NCBI GenBank assembly: GCA_020852835.1
Contig: JADZAC010000049.1
Coordinates: forward strand, 19,378-83,377
Origin: Flavobacteriales bacterium
GTDB lineage: Bacteria; Bacteroidota; Bacteroidia; Flavobacteriales_F; PHOS-HE28
Length of the DNA: 64,000 nucleotides
Reading direction: 5' to 3'
Part shown: positions 1 to 10,376 of the stretch, piece by piece
Position numbering within the stretch: position 1 is the first letter of the stretch
Layout: each line of letters opens with the position of its first letter
Notes under the pieces: generated by a model
Told to the model about the DNA's origin: nothing
Seen by the model: only the letters and a program-made list of their open reading frames with translations
Database searches by the model: none
Position numbers and translations under genes: made by a program

Positions 1-8
1 GGCCCAAC

Positions 9-551
9 GTGCTCATCGGCGCCACCGGCTCTGCGGGCGCGTTCGACAAAACCGTGGTGCAGAAAATGAGCGCCATGAACGAGCGCCCGGTGATCTTCGC
101 CCTGAGCAACCCCACTTCGCGGGCCGAGTGTACCGCCCGGCAGGCGTATGAATGGAGCGACGGCAAGGCCGTGTTCACCAGCGGCAGCCCGTTCCCGCCG
201 GTCACCTACAAAGGCCAGGAGTTCCGGCCGGGCCAGGGCAACAACGCCTATGTCTTCCCGGGCGTCGGCCTGGGCGCGCTCGTCGCCGGCAGCAAGGTGG
301 TCACCGATGCCATGTTCCTGATCTCGGCGCGCACCTTGGCGCAGCTCGTTCAGGAAGAGGACATCCACCACGGGTCCCTCTACCCGCGCTTGGCCCAGAT
401 CCGTTCACTTTCCAAAGCCGTGGCGGTGGCCGTAGCTGAAGAGGCCTACCGCGCAGGCCTGGCCACCGTGCCCCGTCCGGCCGATCTGGAAAAGGCCGTG
501 GAGGAGTACATGTACGATCCGTGGAAAGAAGCCCCGGCGGCGGCGAAGTGA
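9..551 (+). CDS. NAD(P)-dependent malic enzyme, C-terminal NAD-binding part. The 5' end is truncated by the window edge. No phosphotransacetylase-like extension follows, so this is a short-form enzyme.
   Basis: Translation contains LIGATGSAGAFDK...PVIFALSNPTS..ECTA..SGSPFPPV, a typical malic-enzyme NAD-binding domain. The ORF runs in from the window start. Confidence 0.8.
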   Translation: MLIGATGSAGAFDKTVVQKMSAMNERPVIFALSNPTSRAECTARQAYEWSDGKAVFTSGSPFPPVTYKGQEFRPGQGNNAYVFPGVGLGALVAGSKVVTDAMFLISARTLAQLVQEEDIHHGSLYPRLAQIRSLSKAVAVAVAEEAYRAGLATVPRPADLEKAVEEYMYDPWKEAPAAAK

Positions 552-783
552 AAGGCCGTTGTTGGATCCGCGGAAGCACACGGACCAGCACCGAGGAGCA
601 CTGGTGCGCTCCGATGGTTCCGAAGATCATGGCACATTCCGTGCGATCTGATCACCGCAGGGCTGCCGGGCCAAGGCTTTGTGATGGGCAGCACATAGCG
701 CTGTCCATCAACCTCCATGGGCTTCATAAGCGTTCTGTCTGCCACACCAGGCACGCCCCCTACCTTCGCACCAACCCGCCGCC

Positions 784-1176
784 ATGCGATTCCACACCCG
801 CAAATGGATCAAGCCCGAAGACCTCAACGCCAACGGCACCCTCTTCGGCGGGCGCCTGCTGGAGTGGATCGATGAGGAGGCCGCGCTCTATGCCATCATC
901 CAGCTGGAAAACCCGCGCACGGTGACCAAGTTGATCAGCGAGATCGATTTCGTGAGCTCCGCCAAGCAGGGCGACATCATCGAGATCGGCATCGAACCCG
1001 TGAAGTTCGGCAACTCCTCCCTCACCCTGCGCTGCGAAGTGCGCAACAAGATGACCCGCAAGACCATCATCACCATCGACCGCATTGTGATGGTGAGCAT
1101 GGACGAGCACGGCCGCCCCCAAGCCCACGGCAAGACGAAGGTGGAATACGTGAAAGACCGGCTAACGGAGAAGTAA
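784..1176 (+). CDS. Hotdog-fold acyl-CoA thioesterase (YciA-like)
   Basis: 130 aa with the motif NANGTLFGGRLLEWIDEEAALYA, characteristic of the 4HBT/acyl-CoA thioester hydrolase family. Confidence 0.7.
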   Translation: MRFHTRKWIKPEDLNANGTLFGGRLLEWIDEEAALYAIIQLENPRTVTKLISEIDFVSSAKQGDIIEIGIEPVKFGNSSLTLRCEVRNKMTRKTIITIDRIVMVSMDEHGRPQAHGKTKVEYVKDRLTEK

Positions 1177-1289
1177 CCGTTTCCCCCATCTGGAGCTTCC
1201 CCGCTCGCACCTTCTTCCCGTCCACGGCCCGTACCTTGCGCTCCCTGCCGAATTTCCGCCGGCAGGGATGAACCTGAACAGCACAAAGC

Positions 1290-2741
1290 ATGTCCAACGA
1301 AGCCGTCCGCGCCCTTGAGCCCAAAGCCATCTGGAACCATTTCGCCGACCTGAACGCCATTCCCCGCGCCAGCAAGAAGGAAGCGCGTGTAACGGCCTTC
1401 ATGAAATCCTTCGGCGAAAGCCTGGGCCTGCCCACCCACGTGGACCACGCAGGAAATGTGATCATCAAGAAGCCCGGCACCAAGGGCCGGGAGAACAAGC
1501 CCGCCGTGGCCCTGCAGGCGCACCTGGACATGGTGCACCAGAAGAATGCCGACACCCACTTCAACTTCGATACCGACGGCATCAAGATGAAGGTGGACGG
1601 AGACTGGGTGAAGGCCGAAGGCACCACGCTCGGAGCCGACAACGGCTTGGGCGTGGCCAGCATCATGACGCTGCTCGCCGCCAACGACATCCCCCACCCG
1701 CCCATCGAAGCGCTGTTCACCATCGATGAGGAAACTGGCATGACCGGGGCCTTCGAGCTGAAGGGCGGCCTGCTCACCGCGCCGGTGCTGCTGAACCTGG
1801 ACACCGAGGACGACGACGAGCTCACCATCGGCTGCGCCGGCGGCGTGGACGTAACGGCCAAAGGCGCTTACGCCACGGAAGCCGCTCCAGCCGGCAACAA
1901 CGGCTACACCATCCGCGTGAAAGGCTTGAACGGCGGCCACTCCGGTGCGGAGATCCATCTGGGCTTGGGCAACGCCAACAAGGTCATGAACCGCGTGCTG
2001 CTCGTGGCCCAGGAACATGGCATGCGCTTGGCCAGCGTGGACGGCGGGGGGCTGCGCAACGCCATTCCCCGCGAAAGCAAGGCCGTGATCGCCCTGCCCG
2101 TCGCCAACGAAAAAGCCTGCATCGAAGCGCTGAAGAAACTGGAGGCCGACCTGAAGGCCGAATACCGCACCACCGACCCGGGCTTGAAGGTGGAACTGGC
2201 CAAGGCCGACCTGCCCGCCAAGGTGATGGCCGCCAAGGACCAGCGCGGCTTTCTGCTGGCCGTGCAAGCCTGCCCGGACGGCATCTTCCGCTTGAGCCCC
2301 GACGTGCCCGGCCTGGTGCAGACCAGCAACAATACGGCCCGCGTACAATTGGCCGATGGTGCCTACACCGTGATGTGCCTCACGCGCGGCTCGGTGGAAA
2401 GCGAGAAAATGGACCAGGCCGCCACCATCCGCGCTGCCTTTGAGCTGATCGGCGGCACGGTGGAATTCACCGGCGGCTACCCCGGCTGGGTGCCGAACCC
2501 CGGCGCACCCATCATCCACCTGATGGCGGACATCTACCAGGAGCTCTTCAACAGCAAGCTGAAGGTGCTGGCCATCCACGCCGGGCTGGAGTGCGGCATC
2601 ATCGGGCGCAACTACCCGAAGATGGAGATGGTGAGCTTCGGCCCCACCATCAAAGGGCCGCACAGCCCGGACGAACGCGCCAACATCAAGAGCCTGCAGA
2701 AGTTCTGGAAGTACCTGCGGGTGGTGCTGGAGCGTTTATAG
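1290..2741 (+). CDS. pepD: Aminoacyl-histidine (Xaa-His) dipeptidase PepD, M20 family
   Basis: 483 aa. N-terminus EPKAIWNHFADLNAIPRASKKE and the overall length match PepD/cytosol non-specific dipeptidase. Confidence 0.8.
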   Translation: MSNEAVRALEPKAIWNHFADLNAIPRASKKEARVTAFMKSFGESLGLPTHVDHAGNVIIKKPGTKGRENKPAVALQAHLDMVHQKNADTHFNFDTDGIKMKVDGDWVKAEGTTLGADNGLGVASIMTLLAANDIPHPPIEALFTIDEETGMTGAFELKGGLLTAPVLLNLDTEDDDELTIGCAGGVDVTAKGAYATEAAPAGNNGYTIRVKGLNGGHSGAEIHLGLGNANKVMNRVLLVAQEHGMRLASVDGGGLRNAIPRESKAVIALPVANEKACIEALKKLEADLKAEYRTTDPGLKVELAKADLPAKVMAAKDQRGFLLAVQACPDGIFRLSPDVPGLVQTSNNTARVQLADGAYTVMCLTRGSVESEKMDQAATIRAAFELIGGTVEFTGGYPGWVPNPGAPIIHLMADIYQELFNSKLKVLAIHAGLECGIIGRNYPKMEMVSFGPTIKGPHSPDERANIKSLQKFWKYLRVVLERL

Positions 2742-3028
2742 GGCCAGGACCGTGGTCACCATAGGTCTTCGAGGGGAGGACCCAGGAACGCAATGGGGAT
2801 CGACTTGAGGCAGACGGGCCTTCTCGTTCAGGAACTGCCTGATCAGCTGCTTCGGGTCCCGTGCAACGATACCCGGTGGCCTTCCATGTGCACCTCGTTC
2901 CTGTTGAAAACTTGGCCGTCCGTGGCGCCCCAGCGTGCAGTGGGGCATGCCAACGATCGAACCTGCCGCTGTGCAAAAGATGCCCTCCCCACACTACCCC
3001 GTCGGGGTACCTTCGTGGCCCTATCGCC

Positions 3029-6000
3029 ATGCAATTCTCCCACCTCCACGTCCACACCCAATATTCGTTGCTGGACGGTGCCAGCAACATTGCCGCCCTC
3101 TTCAAAAAAGCCGCCGCTGACGGCCAACCGGCCGTGGCCATCACCGACCACGGCAACATGTTCGGCGCCTTCAAGTTCGTGGCCGAGGCCGGCAAGCACA
3201 AGAACGACGACGGCAGCCTGAAGGTGAAGCCCATCGTGGGCTGCGAATTCTACGTGGTGGCGGACCGCACCCGCAAGCAGTTCACCCGCGAGGAAAAGGA
3301 CAAACGTTTCCACCAGCTCATGCTGGCCAAAAACGCCGAGGGCTACCGCAATCTCAGCAAGCTCTGCAGCCTGGGTTTCATGGACGGCTACTACAGCAAA
3401 TACCCGCGGATCGACAAGGAACTGATCCAACAACACCACCAAGGCCTTATCGCCACCACCTGCTGCCTCGGAGCCAGCGTGCCCCAGGCCATCCTCCGGG
3501 GGGGAAGCGACCTGACCAAGGCCGAGGAGGAATTCAAGTGGTGGCTGGACCTCTTCGGCGAAGACTACTACGTGGAGGTCCAGCGGCACGGCCTGCCTGA
3601 ACAAGACCAGGTGAACGCCGTGCTGGTGCAATGGGCCCGCAAGTACAACGTGCCCCTGATCGCCAGCAACGACAGCCACTACACCGATCAGGAAGACAGC
3701 AACGCGCACGACATCCTGCTGTGCATCAACACCGGCGAGAAACAGAGCACCCCCATCGCCACCGATGAGGACGCCTCCACCAAGGGCAAGCGCTTCGGCT
3801 TCCCCAACGACCAGTTCTTCTTCAAGACCAAGGCCCAGATGGCACAGGCTTTCCACGACCTGCCCGAAGCCCTGGACAACACCGGCCTGATCGTTGGCAA
3901 GGTGGATACTCTCCAGCTCAAGAAGGACATCCTGCTGCCCAACTACCAGCTGCCCGAGGGCTTCACCGACCAGAACGAATACCTCCGGCACCTCACCTAC
4001 GAAGGGGCCATTAAAAGGTGGATGGGCGGGCATGGCGGCATCGATAGCCTGGAACCGAAGATCAAGGAGCGGCTGGACTTCGAGCTCTTCACCATCAAAA
4101 CGATGGGCTTCGCAGGCTACTTCCTCATCGTGCAGGACTTCATCAACGCCGGGCGCCACATGGGCGTGCTCATCGGCCCCGGCCGCGGCAGTGCAGCCGG
4201 CAGCGCCGTGGCCTACTGCATCGGCATCACCAACATCGACCCCATCAAATACGACCTGCTCTTCGAGCGTTTCCTCAACCCGGACCGCAAGAGCATGCCC
4301 GATATCGACACCGACTTCGACGACGAGGGGCGGCAGCGCGTGATCGACTACGTGGTGGAGAAGTACGGCAAGAACCAGGTGGCCCAGATCGTCACCTACG
4401 GCAGCATGGCCGCCAAGAGCAGCATCCGCGACGTGGCCCGCGTGATGGACCTGCCCTTGCCCGAGGCCGACCGCTTGGCCAAGCTGGTGCCCGAAAGGCC
4501 CGGGATCCACTTGGGCCGGCTGCTGCATGCCCCATTGGAAGGCGAGGGCGGCCTGAAGGACAAGGAGAGCCTGAGCAGTGAGGAACTGGCGGCGGTGAAG
4601 GAGCTGCGCACCATCCTGGAAAGCGGAGAGCCCACCGCAGACATCCTGCGAGATGCCGAAAAGCTCGAAGGTTCCGTGCGGGGCACCGGCGTGCATGCCG
4701 CCGGCATCATCATCGCGCCCACGGACCTCACCGGCATCATACCCGTGTGCACCAGCAAGGATTCCGAACTGCTCCTCACCCAGTTCGACGGGCGGGTGAT
4801 CGAAGATGCCGGGGTGATCAAGATGGACTTCCTGGGCCTGAAAACCCTCACCATCATCCGCGATGCCTTGCGCATGGTCAAGGCCAACCACGGGGTAGAC
4901 ATAGACATCGACGGCATCCCGCTGGACGACCCCAAAACCCTGGCACTGTACCAGCGCGCCGAAACCAACGGCACCTTCCAGTTCGAAAGCCCGGGCATGC
5001 AGAAGTACCTGCGCGAGCTAAAGCCTGACCAGTTCGCCGACCTGATCGCCATGAACGCCCTGTACCGCCCGGGGCCGCTGGAATACATCCCCACCTTCAT
5101 CAAGCGCAAGCAGGGCCTGGAACCCATTGTGTACGACCTGCCCGAAATGGAGGAACTGCTCCGGGAAACCTACGGCGTTACCGTATACCAAGAGCAGGTG
5201 ATGCTGCTGAGCCAAAAGCTGGCCGGCTTCACCAAGGGCGATGCCGACGTGCTGCGCAAGGCCATGGGCAAAAAGGACCGCGCCACCTTGGATAAAATGA
5301 AAGGCAAGTTCCTGGCCGGAACCGGCGAGCGCGGGTTCGATGCCAAGGTGTGCGAAAAGATCTGGACCGACTGGGAGGCCTTCGCCCAGTACGCCTTCAA
5401 CAAATCGCACAGCACCTGCTACGCCTTCGTGGCCTACCAGACCGCGTGGCTCAAGGCCAACTACCCGCCGGAGTTCATGGCAAGCGTGCTCACGCACTCC
5501 GGCGGCCAGATCGACAAGATCACCTTCTTCATGGAGGAATGCCGCCGCATGGGCATCCCGGTGCTGGGCCCGGACGTGAACGAAAGCCGCATGCAGTTCT
5601 CCGTGAACAAGCTCGGCCAAGTGCGCTTCGGCCTGGGTGCCGTGAAAGGCGTGGGCGAAGCGGCCGTGGAAGCCATTGTGCAGGAACGCGAGAAAGCCGG
5701 CCCCTTCGCCGATGCCTTCGACCTGGTGCGCCGCTTGAACCTGCGGGCCGCCAACCGCAAGGCCCTGGAAAGCCTCACCTATGCCGGTGCCTTGGACAAC
5801 CTGCCGCGCACCCATCGCGCCCACTTCTTCCACAGCCCGGGTGAAGGAAAACCCACCTTCATGGAAACCTTGGCCCGGTACGGGCAACAGTGCCAAGACA
5901 GCGCCGACAGCGCCCAAGTGAGCATGTTCGGCGATGCCGACACCGGCGCCATGATCCCCGAACCCCCACTGCCCGCCATCGAGCCATGGAGCGCCTTGGA

Positions 6001-6643
6001 GCAGCTTCATTATGAAAAGGATGTGATCGGTTTTTACCTCAGCGGCCACCCCTTGGACGACCACCGCTTGGCCATCAAGCACCTGTGCAACACCCAGCTG
6101 CCCCAACTCGCCGACCTGAAGGCCGTGCAGGGCCGTGAACTGTGCATGGCCGGCATCGTCACCAAGGCCGAGCACCGCATTGCCAAAAGCGGCAAACAGT
6201 TCGGCAGTTTTTCCCTGGAAGACCACAACGGCAAGCACGACTTCATGCTCTTCAGCGAAGACTACATGAAGTTCAAGATCTACCTGGAGGCCGGCATCCT
6301 GCTGCTTGTGAAGGGGCGCGCCATGGAACGCACCTGGGGCCGCGACGAAGGCCAGCTCGAATTCAAGATCTCCAGCATCGACCTGCTGGCCAACGCACGC
6401 GAGAAATACATCACCAAACTGGTGGTAAAGCTGGATGCTGCCCGGGTAGATGAACAACTCAACAACGACCTGGCAGCAATCCTCAATGCGCACAAAGGCA
6501 ATTGCAAGGTGCTCATCTCCTTGGTGGACAACCAAGACCACCTCCAGGTGGAAGCCGTGAGCAAGACCAAACAAGTAAACATCACCACCGAACTGGCTGA
6601 CAGGTTGGATACGCTGGCAGGGATAAATTGGGCGCTTAGCTGA
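3029..6643 (+). CDS. dnaE: DNA polymerase III alpha subunit DnaE
   Basis: N-terminal PHP motif MQFSHLHVHTQYSLLDGAS, followed by a roughly 1200 aa polymerase core and an OB-fold region. Start set at the internal Met. The ORF-table frame begins at an upstream GTG at 2861. I counted a possible 1-nt discrepancy near 3000 between the displayed text and the table frame. Confidence 0.9.
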   Translation: MQFSHLHVHTQYSLLDGASNIAALFKKAAADGQPAVAITDHGNMFGAFKFVAEAGKHKNDDGSLKVKPIVGCEFYVVADRTRKQFTREEKDKRFHQLMLAKNAEGYRNLSKLCSLGFMDGYYSKYPRIDKELIQQHHQGLIATTCCLGASVPQAILRGGSDLTKAEEEFKWWLDLFGEDYYVEVQRHGLPEQDQVNAVLVQWARKYNVPLIASNDSHYTDQEDSNAHDILLCINTGEKQSTPIATDEDASTKGKRFGFPNDQFFFKTKAQMAQAFHDLPEALDNTGLIVGKVDTLQLKKDILLPNYQLPEGFTDQNEYLRHLTYEGAIKRWMGGHGGIDSLEPKIKERLDFELFTIKTMGFAGYFLIVQDFINAGRHMGVLIGPGRGSAAGSAVAYCIGITNIDPIKYDLLFERFLNPDRKSMPDIDTDFDDEGRQRVIDYVVEKYGKNQVAQIVTYGSMAAKSSIRDVARVMDLPLPEADRLAKLVPERPGIHLGRLLHAPLEGEGGLKDKESLSSEELAAVKELRTILESGEPTADILRDAEKLEGSVRGTGVHAAGIIIAPTDLTGIIPVCTSKDSELLLTQFDGRVIEDAGVIKMDFLGLKTLTIIRDALRMVKANHGVDIDIDGIPLDDPKTLALYQRAETNGTFQFESPGMQKYLRELKPDQFADLIAMNALYRPGPLEYIPTFIKRKQGLEPIVYDLPEMEELLRETYGVTVYQEQVMLLSQKLAGFTKGDADVLRKAMGKKDRATLDKMKGKFLAGTGERGFDAKVCEKIWTDWEAFAQYAFNKSHSTCYAFVAYQTAWLKANYPPEFMASVLTHSGGQIDKITFFMEECRRMGIPVLGPDVNESRMQFSVNKLGQVRFGLGAVKGVGEAAVEAIVQEREKAGPFADAFDLVRRLNLRAANRKALESLTYAGALDNLPRTHRAHFFHSPGEGKPTFMETLARYGQQCQDSADSAQVSMFGDADTGAMIPEPPLPAIEPWSALEQLHYEKDVIGFYLSGHPLDDHRLAIKHLCNTQLPQLADLKAVQGRELCMAGIVTKAEHRIAKSGKQFGSFSLEDHNGKHDFMLFSEDYMKFKIYLEAGILLLVKGRAMERTWGRDEGQLEFKISSIDLLANAREKYITKLVVKLDAARVDEQLNNDLAAILNAHKGNCKVLISLVDNQDHLQVEAVSKTKQVNITTELADRLDTLAGINWALS

Positions 6644-6772
6644 CCAATTGGCAGTGGAAAAGTGTTCGGCAAGCTACTTGCCAGCACGGGAAAACTTCGG
6701 AAATTGCACCTGCATTCCCGATACGTACAGCAATCAACACGCGCAACAGGCGCTTAACAATCAAGAACCAAG

Positions 6773-7093
6773 ATGGCATTGGAACTGACCGACAGCAACT
6801 TTGAAGAACTCGCCCTGAAGAGCGACAAGCCCGTGATGGTGGACTTTTGGGCAGAATGGTGCGGCCCCTGCCGCATGGTGGGCCCCGTGGTGGAGGAACT
6901 CGCCAAAGATTATGAGGGCAAGGCCGTGATCGGCAAGGTGAACGTGGACAACAACCCGCAAGTCGCCACGAAATATGGCATCCGCAGCATTCCAACCATA
7001 CTGTTCCTCAAGAATGGTGAAGTGGTGGACCGCAGTGTGGGCGCAGTTCCCAAAGCCACCTTGGCCGGCAAGCTGGAAGGCCAACTGAACTGA
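6773..7093 (+). CDS. trxA: Thioredoxin
   Basis: 106 aa with a WCGPC active site ([11 protein letters not shown]). Confidence 0.88.
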   Translation: MALELTDSNFEELALKSDKPVMVDFWAEWCGPCRMVGPVVEELAKDYEGKAVIGKVNVDNNPQVATKYGIRSIPTILFLKNGEVVDRSVGAVPKATLAGKLEGQLN

Positions 7094-7113
7094 ACGGTTG
7101 ACAGCAACACAAT

Positions 7114-7148
7114 AAGGCCTGGATCGGATCCGGGCCTTTCTTTTTTCC
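7114..7148 (+). terminator. Rho-independent terminator downstream of trxA
   Basis: Imperfect hairpin AGGCCTGGATC/GGATCCGGGCCT, followed by TTTCTTTTTTCC. Confidence 0.55.
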
Positions 7149-7198
7149 GGGCCCGTGCTCGGCGCAGGTTACATTCACACGACCGCCCAACCCGGGGA

Positions 7199-9199
7199 AT
7201 GCCCTACCTCCAGCGCAAACAATTTGCCGCCGTACTCCTCGCAGCCACGGGGTGCCTCCTGCCTGCGGCGTTACCAGCACAGGATGCTTCCTTGGTGCCC
7301 GGGTTGCGCCGAACGCTGGCCGCCGCCGCCGATGATACTGCCCGCGCCGATGCCTTGGCCCGCATCTGCTTCAACCTGATCCGCTCCTCGCCCGATTCCG
7401 CTTTGCTGGCCGGGGAACAGGCCATGGCCATTGCCCGGCGCATCAACGAGCCCAAGGCCTTGGGCGATGCCTATAACAACTTGGGCTGGTTGGCCGTGGA
7501 GCAAGGTGAGTTCGGAAAGGCCGATACCCTCTTGGGCAAGGCGTTGCAGATATTCCGGAAGCTGGGCAAGCCGGAATACACCGCCGTTACCTTGAGCAAT
7601 TTGGGCTGGCTGGCCCAAAAGCAGGGCGATGCGGCCGGCGCGTTGCGCCGTTTCCAAAGCGCCTTGCAGGCCGGTGAATCCGTGGGGGACAGCGCCAGTA
7701 CCGCCTCCGTGCTCTACGCCATGGGCTCCACCTACCGGAACCTCAAGGAATTCGGGCTGGCCAAGGAGTACTTGCACCGATCCCTGGAGATGGAACGCGC
7801 CCTGGGGCGCCGCGGCAATGAGGCAAGTTGCCTGCTTTCGCTGGCCAACACGGCTCGGGAGCAGGGCGATACCACGGGGATGATGGGGCTTTACCGAGAA
7901 GCTTCAGCCCTCTATTCCTTGCAGCACGACCACCGGGGCGGCGGTCTCGTGGAAGAGAACATCGGCGACTTCCTCGCCGAAGCAGCACCCCGTGAGGCAC
8001 TGCGTCACTATCACTCGGCCTTGGCCCATTATATCGCCATCGACAGCCCGGAAGACAAGGCATACGTGCTCAAGAACATCGGCATGGCTGAAACAGCCTT
8101 GGGCAATTTGGCGGAAGCGGAAAAAAACCTGATGCATGGCCTCGGGCTGGCCGAAAACCTGAACAGCAGGGAATTGGTGATGGCATATGAGCTGGCACTG
8201 GCCCGTTTGGCCGCCGCTCAGGGCAATGCCACCTCCACCATGCTGCATTATGACCGGTACACCGCCTTGAAGGACAGCCTGCAGGGCGAGAACACCCAGC
8301 ACGAGATCGCCAGGCTGCGCACCGAATTCGAGAGCGAACGCAAGGACAAGGACAACGCCCTGCTCCGGATAGAAAACAAAGCCCAGGAGCAACAGCTGCG
8401 CAACCGGGAAGTGCAGCTTCTGGGGATCGCGCTGCTCGCCCTGCTGGCCATGGTGGCCGCCTTGCTCTTCCGGCGCAACTACCGCCAAAAGCGCAAACAC
8501 GCCGACGAACTGGAGGGGTTCAATGCCCGCTTGGAGGCAAGCCATGCGGAGATACGCGAGATCAATGGCCTGCTGGAGATGCGCCTGCTGCGCAGCCAGA
8601 TGAACCCGCACTTCATCCACAACGGCCTCAACAGCGCGGCACGGCTCACCCAGGAAGGCCGTTCCGCTGAAGCCCTGGCCTACCTGCAAGGCTTCGCCCG
8701 CATGCTGCGCATGGTGTTGGAGCACAGCGTGCGGGACCGCGTGGGCATCCAGGAGGAAATGGATTTCCTGCGGCAATACTTGAAGCTCGAATCACACCGC
8801 TTGCAAGGGCTTTCCTTCTCCGTGAAAGCCGAACGCGAACTGATCGACGATGAAGCTGAACTGCCTGCGCTGCTCGTGCAACCCTTCGTGGAAAACGCCG
8901 TGTGGCACGGACTGACCGCCAAAGAGGGAGAACGTTCCGTGCGGGTCCGTTTCCGCCAAACGAATGATGGCATGCAGTGCGAGATCACGGACAACGGCGT
9001 GGGGCGCAAGGCCGCAGCCAACTTGTCCCGGAACGGGCATGTATCCCTGGGCATGCAGCTCACCGGTGAACGGCTGCAGCTGCTGGCCCGCCGGCTGGGC
9101 GATGACCGCTCCGTCAACATCAATGACCTTGCCGACGAGGCCGGTGCACCTGCCGGAACACGCGTCACCTTGCTGCTTCCGCGCCAGGGGAAGGAGTAA
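7199..9199 (+). CDS. Sensor histidine kinase with an N-terminal TPR repeat region, a transmembrane segment and a LytS-type His_kinase domain plus HATPase
   Basis: Signal-like N-terminus, then repeated TPR-like units (ALGDAYNNLGW..., AVTLSNLGWLA...). The motif NPHFIHNGLNS matches PF06580-type kinases. C-terminal ATPase G-boxes are present. Confidence 0.8.
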   Translation: MPYLQRKQFAAVLLAATGCLLPAALPAQDASLVPGLRRTLAAAADDTARADALARICFNLIRSSPDSALLAGEQAMAIARRINEPKALGDAYNNLGWLAVEQGEFGKADTLLGKALQIFRKLGKPEYTAVTLSNLGWLAQKQGDAAGALRRFQSALQAGESVGDSASTASVLYAMGSTYRNLKEFGLAKEYLHRSLEMERALGRRGNEASCLLSLANTAREQGDTTGMMGLYREASALYSLQHDHRGGGLVEENIGDFLAEAAPREALRHYHSALAHYIAIDSPEDKAYVLKNIGMAETALGNLAEAEKNLMHGLGLAENLNSRELVMAYELALARLAAAQGNATSTMLHYDRYTALKDSLQGENTQHEIARLRTEFESERKDKDNALLRIENKAQEQQLRNREVQLLGIALLALLAMVAALLFRRNYRQKRKHADELEGFNARLEASHAEIREINGLLEMRLLRSQMNPHFIHNGLNSAARLTQEGRSAEALAYLQGFARMLRMVLEHSVRDRVGIQEEMDFLRQYLKLESHRLQGLSFSVKAERELIDDEAELPALLVQPFVENAVWHGLTAKEGERSVRVRFRQTNDGMQCEITDNGVGRKAAANLSRNGHVSLGMQLTGERLQLLARRLGDDRSVNINDLADEAGAPAGTRVTLLLPRQGKE

Positions 9200-9228
9200 C
9201 TATTCGTTGGCCCGCTTATCTTTCCTGC

Positions 9229-9963
9229 ATGATCCGGGCGATGCTGGTGGATGACGACGCGGACAGCCGCGCATACTTGGGCCAATTGCTCCAAGCCTTT
9301 CCCGATCTGGAGGTCGTTGCGCATGCGGGCAATATCGCGGAGGTGGAAAACAGCCTCGCAACAACCCCGGTGGACCTTATCTTCATGGACGTGGAAATGC
9401 CCGGTGGCAGCGGGTTTGACCTGTTGCAACGCATGGGCACCTGGCCTTTCGCCGTGATCTTCACCACGGGCTTTCAGCGTTATGCCGTACAGGCCATCCG
9501 CTTCAGCGCGTTGGACTACCTGCTGAAACCCGTGCAGCCCGACGAGCTCGCAGATGCGCTCCAGCGGTTCCGCCAACGCCAGCCCTTGGCGGACCGAAGC
9601 ACTGTGCAGCAGCAGTTCCTCAGCAACCTGGCCCAACCGGACGAGCGTTCCCTGAAGCTCACCCTCACTACTGGCGACCGTACCTATTTCATTCCACCGG
9701 CAGAGATCACCCACTGCACCGCCGATGACAACTACACGGAACTGCACGTCCATGACGGCCGGCGCTTCGTTTCGGCCCGCACCCTGAAAGACTACGAGGA
9801 CATGCTGCTGCCCTTGGGCTTTTTACGCGTTCACCGATCGGCGTTGGTGAACCGCGCCATGATCACCCACCTGGACGGGATGCACGTGGTATTGCGCAAC
9901 AACGAACGAGTTGAAATGAGCCGCCGCAAACGCGAAGAAGTACAGCGGGCCTTGGCCGGCTGA
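9229..9963 (+). CDS. LytTR-family response regulator (REC plus LytTR DNA-binding domain)
   Basis: REC motifs LVDDD and DLIFMDVEMP. The C-terminus (LKLTLTTGDRTYFIPPAEITHCTADDNYTELHV) is typical of LytTR. It sits 30 nt after the kinase. Confidence 0.85.
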   Translation: MIRAMLVDDDADSRAYLGQLLQAFPDLEVVAHAGNIAEVENSLATTPVDLIFMDVEMPGGSGFDLLQRMGTWPFAVIFTTGFQRYAVQAIRFSALDYLLKPVQPDELADALQRFRQRQPLADRSTVQQQFLSNLAQPDERSLKLTLTTGDRTYFIPPAEITHCTADDNYTELHVHDGRRFVSARTLKDYEDMLLPLGFLRVHRSALVNRAMITHLDGMHVVLRNNERVEMSRRKREEVQRALAG

Positions 9964-10332
9964 CCGCGCCCAAAAGCATCGATCTGAGCTGGTCCCGCTT
10001 GCCGGGCACGCTGGTTTCGGCCAAGCTTATATCCAGTTGCCCCTGAAGGTTGGCCAATAGCTGGGTGCCCGTTCCAAGATCCGGACATTCGGCCAGTTTC
10101 CGGGCGGAAAGAGTATAAGGTCCCGATGTGCGAGAAACCGCAATTCCTGCCGGGCCCTCCAGGTACAGAAGTACGGGACTATGCATGCATGTGCAAAAGC
10201 CGGTACCGGTTCTTGGCAGGCCGGGCGCAAGGTTCGTCGACACGATTGCCCTGTTGGCCCCTCTTCGGGGTTCTCCTCAAACAAGAAATCCGTCATGTTG
10301 TCGAAAATTTTTACCTGAGAGCCAAGATGTTA

Positions 10333-10340
10333 TAGATTTG
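10333..10340 (+). promoter_or_regulatory. Candidate Bacteroidota sigma-A -7 element (TAGATTTG, consensus TAnnTTTG) upstream of the first lipase paralog
   Basis: The motif sits in a locally AT-rich stretch about 36 nt upstream of the ATG at 10377. Confidence 0.4.
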
Positions 10341-10376
10341 ACTTTTGATCGTCATTGAAGCCACCAACTGCTCACC

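Noticed and set aside
1244-1268. Hairpin CCCTGCCG aatttccgc CGGCAGGG, 20 nt upstream of pepD.
   Set aside because: An 8-bp stem with no T-tract, which could be a weak terminator for the thioesterase gene or nothing. Too short to call without conservation data.
888-2663. Long minus-strand ORF (591 aa) antisense to pepD. Similar antisense ORFs: 2843-4891 and 5018-6574 (dnaE), 15490-17166 (ABC transporter), 29611-32301 (lon), 35992-38007 (SulP/PiT), 40295-42073 (kef), 47838-49568 (prolyl oligopeptidase), 52350-53738 and 53669-54820 (serC/serA).
   Set aside because: Their translations are Gly/Arg/Ala/His-rich low-complexity sequence with no recognisable motifs. They mirror well-conserved genes on the opposite strand. 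Shadow ORFs like these are expected at about 65% GC.
2793-3221. 142-aa plus-strand ORF upstream of and overlapping the dnaE start.
   Set aside because: It is in a different frame from the conserved dnaE N-terminus, has a Pro/Ser/Thr-rich composition, and lies in what is more plausibly the dnaE leader. That leader contains a TACCCCG-T-CGGGGTA hairpin.
9863-10358. Small ORFs on both strands in the regulator-to-lipase spacer (9863-10243, 10027-10296, 10126-10335, 10128-10358).
   Set aside because: They have no start context, no conserved motifs and mutually overlapping frames. The region is better read as promoter or regulatory DNA.
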